In this document: positions 15,376 through 16,672 of the stretch, one piece after another
How the letters are laid out: the number at the start of each line of letters is the position of its first letter
How positions within the stretch are numbered: the first letter of the stretch is position 1
From: an uncultured bacterium
GTDB taxonomy: Bacteria > Chloroflexota > UBA5177 > JANWHV01
Direction of reading: 5' to 3'
Assembly (NCBI GenBank): GCA_963729625.1
Contig: CAVSOU010000002.1
Location: forward strand, 1-16,672
Length of the DNA: 16,672 bases
The notes under the pieces: model-generated
Database searches by the model: none
Seen by the model: the letters and a program-made list of their open reading frames with translations, nothing else
Told to the model about the DNA's origin: nothing
Made by a program: the position numbers and the translations under genes

Positions 15376-16629
15376 ATGCCGTGCTCGCACGTGTGCTCTG
15401 ATCCGGACCTGGATGCGTGTCTGGTGTCACCCGAGATCATGCTCGACCCGTACCCGATCTATCGCCGGCTGCGCGAGGAGGCGCCAATCTTCTGGAGCCA
15501 GAAGTGGAACGCCTGGGTTCTCAGCCGCTACGATGACGTGGCCGCCTCGTTACGGGATAAAGAGAATCTGTCCAACGAGAACCGGCAGGCCCTGCTATTC
15601 AGCGAGCTGACTGAGAGCGAACGGCAGGACCTTGCGCGTCTGCAGCACTACTTTGCGCAGAAAGACGTGATTGGATCGGACCCGCCGGATCACACACGAA
15701 TGCGCGGGCTGGTACAAAAAGCATTCACGCCAAAAGTGATCGCTTCGCTCGAGCCGCGGATCCGCAGCCTGGCCCAAGACTTGCTGGAGCAAGCGATGCG
15801 GTCGGGGCCGAGTTTCGACTTCGTCGCACAGATCGCCCATCCAATGCCCGTCATTCTCATAGCCGAGCTTCTCGGCGCCCCGGCACAGGATCGCCCGTTA
15901 TTCAAGCGTTGGTCGGCCGACATTCTTGGGTTCCAGGGCACTGGCCGGACGACCTACGCCGCGGCCGTGACGTCGCAGGCCAGCCTGCTAGCCATGTTCG
16001 CGTACATGAATCGACTGATCGATCGGCGGCGCGTCCAGCCGCAAGATGACCTGATCAGTGCGCTTGCACAGGCGGAGGTAGGTGGCCAGCAGTTCACGCG
16101 CGACGAGTTGCTGGCCACCTGCAATACTATCCTGACGGCTGGACACGAGACGACCACAAACCTTCTTGGCAATCTCTTGCACCTGCTGATGGCACATTCG
16201 GCGCAGTGGGAACACCTGCGTGCCGGCCACAGCCTCCTGCCCGGCGCAATCGAAGAAGCATTGCGTTTTGACGCGCCAAAGCAGCGGAACTTTCGCAGAG
16301 TGCGCCAGACACACGTCGTGGGTGGTGTTACCTTCAGCGAGAACGAGATGGTGTTCCAATTGATCGGCGCGGCGAATCGCGATCCGCTGCAGTTCTCGCT
16401 CGCCGATACGTTCGATATTACTCGCGGCCGGCAAAACAGCCATCTCTCATTCGGTGCGGGGATTCACTTTTGCTTGGGAGCGCCCCTAGCGCGAACCGAA
16501 GCAACGGCGGTGCTTGAGGCCGTCCTCCAGCGCGCGCCCAGGGCGCGGCTGGGGCCTGGGCCGGTGCGCTGGCAGGCGCGCGTACAATTCCGGGGACCGG
16601 CGGAACTGTGGATTGCGACCGGCGCGTGA
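15376..16629 (+). CDS. cytochrome P450
   Basis: DPYPIYRRLR, DPPDHTRMR, I-helix AGHETT, K-helix EEALR, AANRDP, heme motif FGAGIHFCLGA (Cys at 16471). Start uncertain (ATG 15376 after GGAG, or GTG 15325). Confidence 0.96.
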   Translation: MPCSHVCSDPDLDACLVSPEIMLDPYPIYRRLREEAPIFWSQKWNAWVLSRYDDVAASLRDKENLSNENRQALLFSELTESERQDLARLQHYFAQKDVIGSDPPDHTRMRGLVQKAFTPKVIASLEPRIRSLAQDLLEQAMRSGPSFDFVAQIAHPMPVILIAELLGAPAQDRPLFKRWSADILGFQGTGRTTYAAAVTSQASLLAMFAYMNRLIDRRRVQPQDDLISALAQAEVGGQQFTRDELLATCNTILTAGHETTTNLLGNLLHLLMAHSAQWEHLRAGHSLLPGAIEEALRFDAPKQRNFRRVRQTHVVGGVTFSENEMVFQLIGAANRDPLQFSLADTFDITRGRQNSHLSFGAGIHFCLGAPLARTEATAVLEAVLQRAPRARLGPGPVRWQARVQFRGPAELWIATGA

Positions 16630-16672
16630 CTTGCGCAACGGGAGACCACGGCAGTCAGGTTGAAACCGCTGC

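Noticed and set aside
15240-15400. Biarylitide-type (MxYxH) or other aromatic-rich P450 RiPP precursor on the + strand
   Set aside because: The short + strand frames (MADHDSSECTVSSSGPPIQ; MHGVIKRASYT...) lack such motifs and lack an RBS.
1-16672. CRISPR array, tRNA/rRNA, transposase or integrase
   Set aside because: No regularly spaced repeats, cloverleaf signatures or recombinase motifs were found by eye; a covariance-model search was not possible.

Overview
GC-rich bacterial window, probably from a soil lineage such as Chloroflexota or Actinomycetota (inference only). It holds a patchwork of catabolic genes. In order: a carbohydrate (CUT1) ABC importer (binding protein plus two permeases, no ATPase) apparently co-transcribed with a UroD/MtbA-fold enzyme that lacks the usual Cys zinc ligands; a truncated GT39/PMT-like glycosyltransferase relic; a xylose-isomerase-like TIM-barrel gene divergent from a Zn-dependent polyol-type dehydrogenase; a cytosolic GH3 beta-glucosidase; a ~1.3 kb poorly explained gap containing a possible ribbon-helix-helix protein; a ~1165 aa secreted subtilase; and a cytochrome P450. 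The most notable signals are the subtilase, which has a subtilisin-like layout but a sedolisin-type ExxxD/SGD/Ser active site with no catalytic His, the orphan UroD-like enzyme in a sugar-uptake operon, and a few small ORFs with strong ribosome-binding sites, including a Cys-rich one divergent from the P450. No rRNA, tRNA, CRISPR array, transposase or integrase was recognised. Start codons were chosen by eye from RBS position and family knowledge; no database searches were run.
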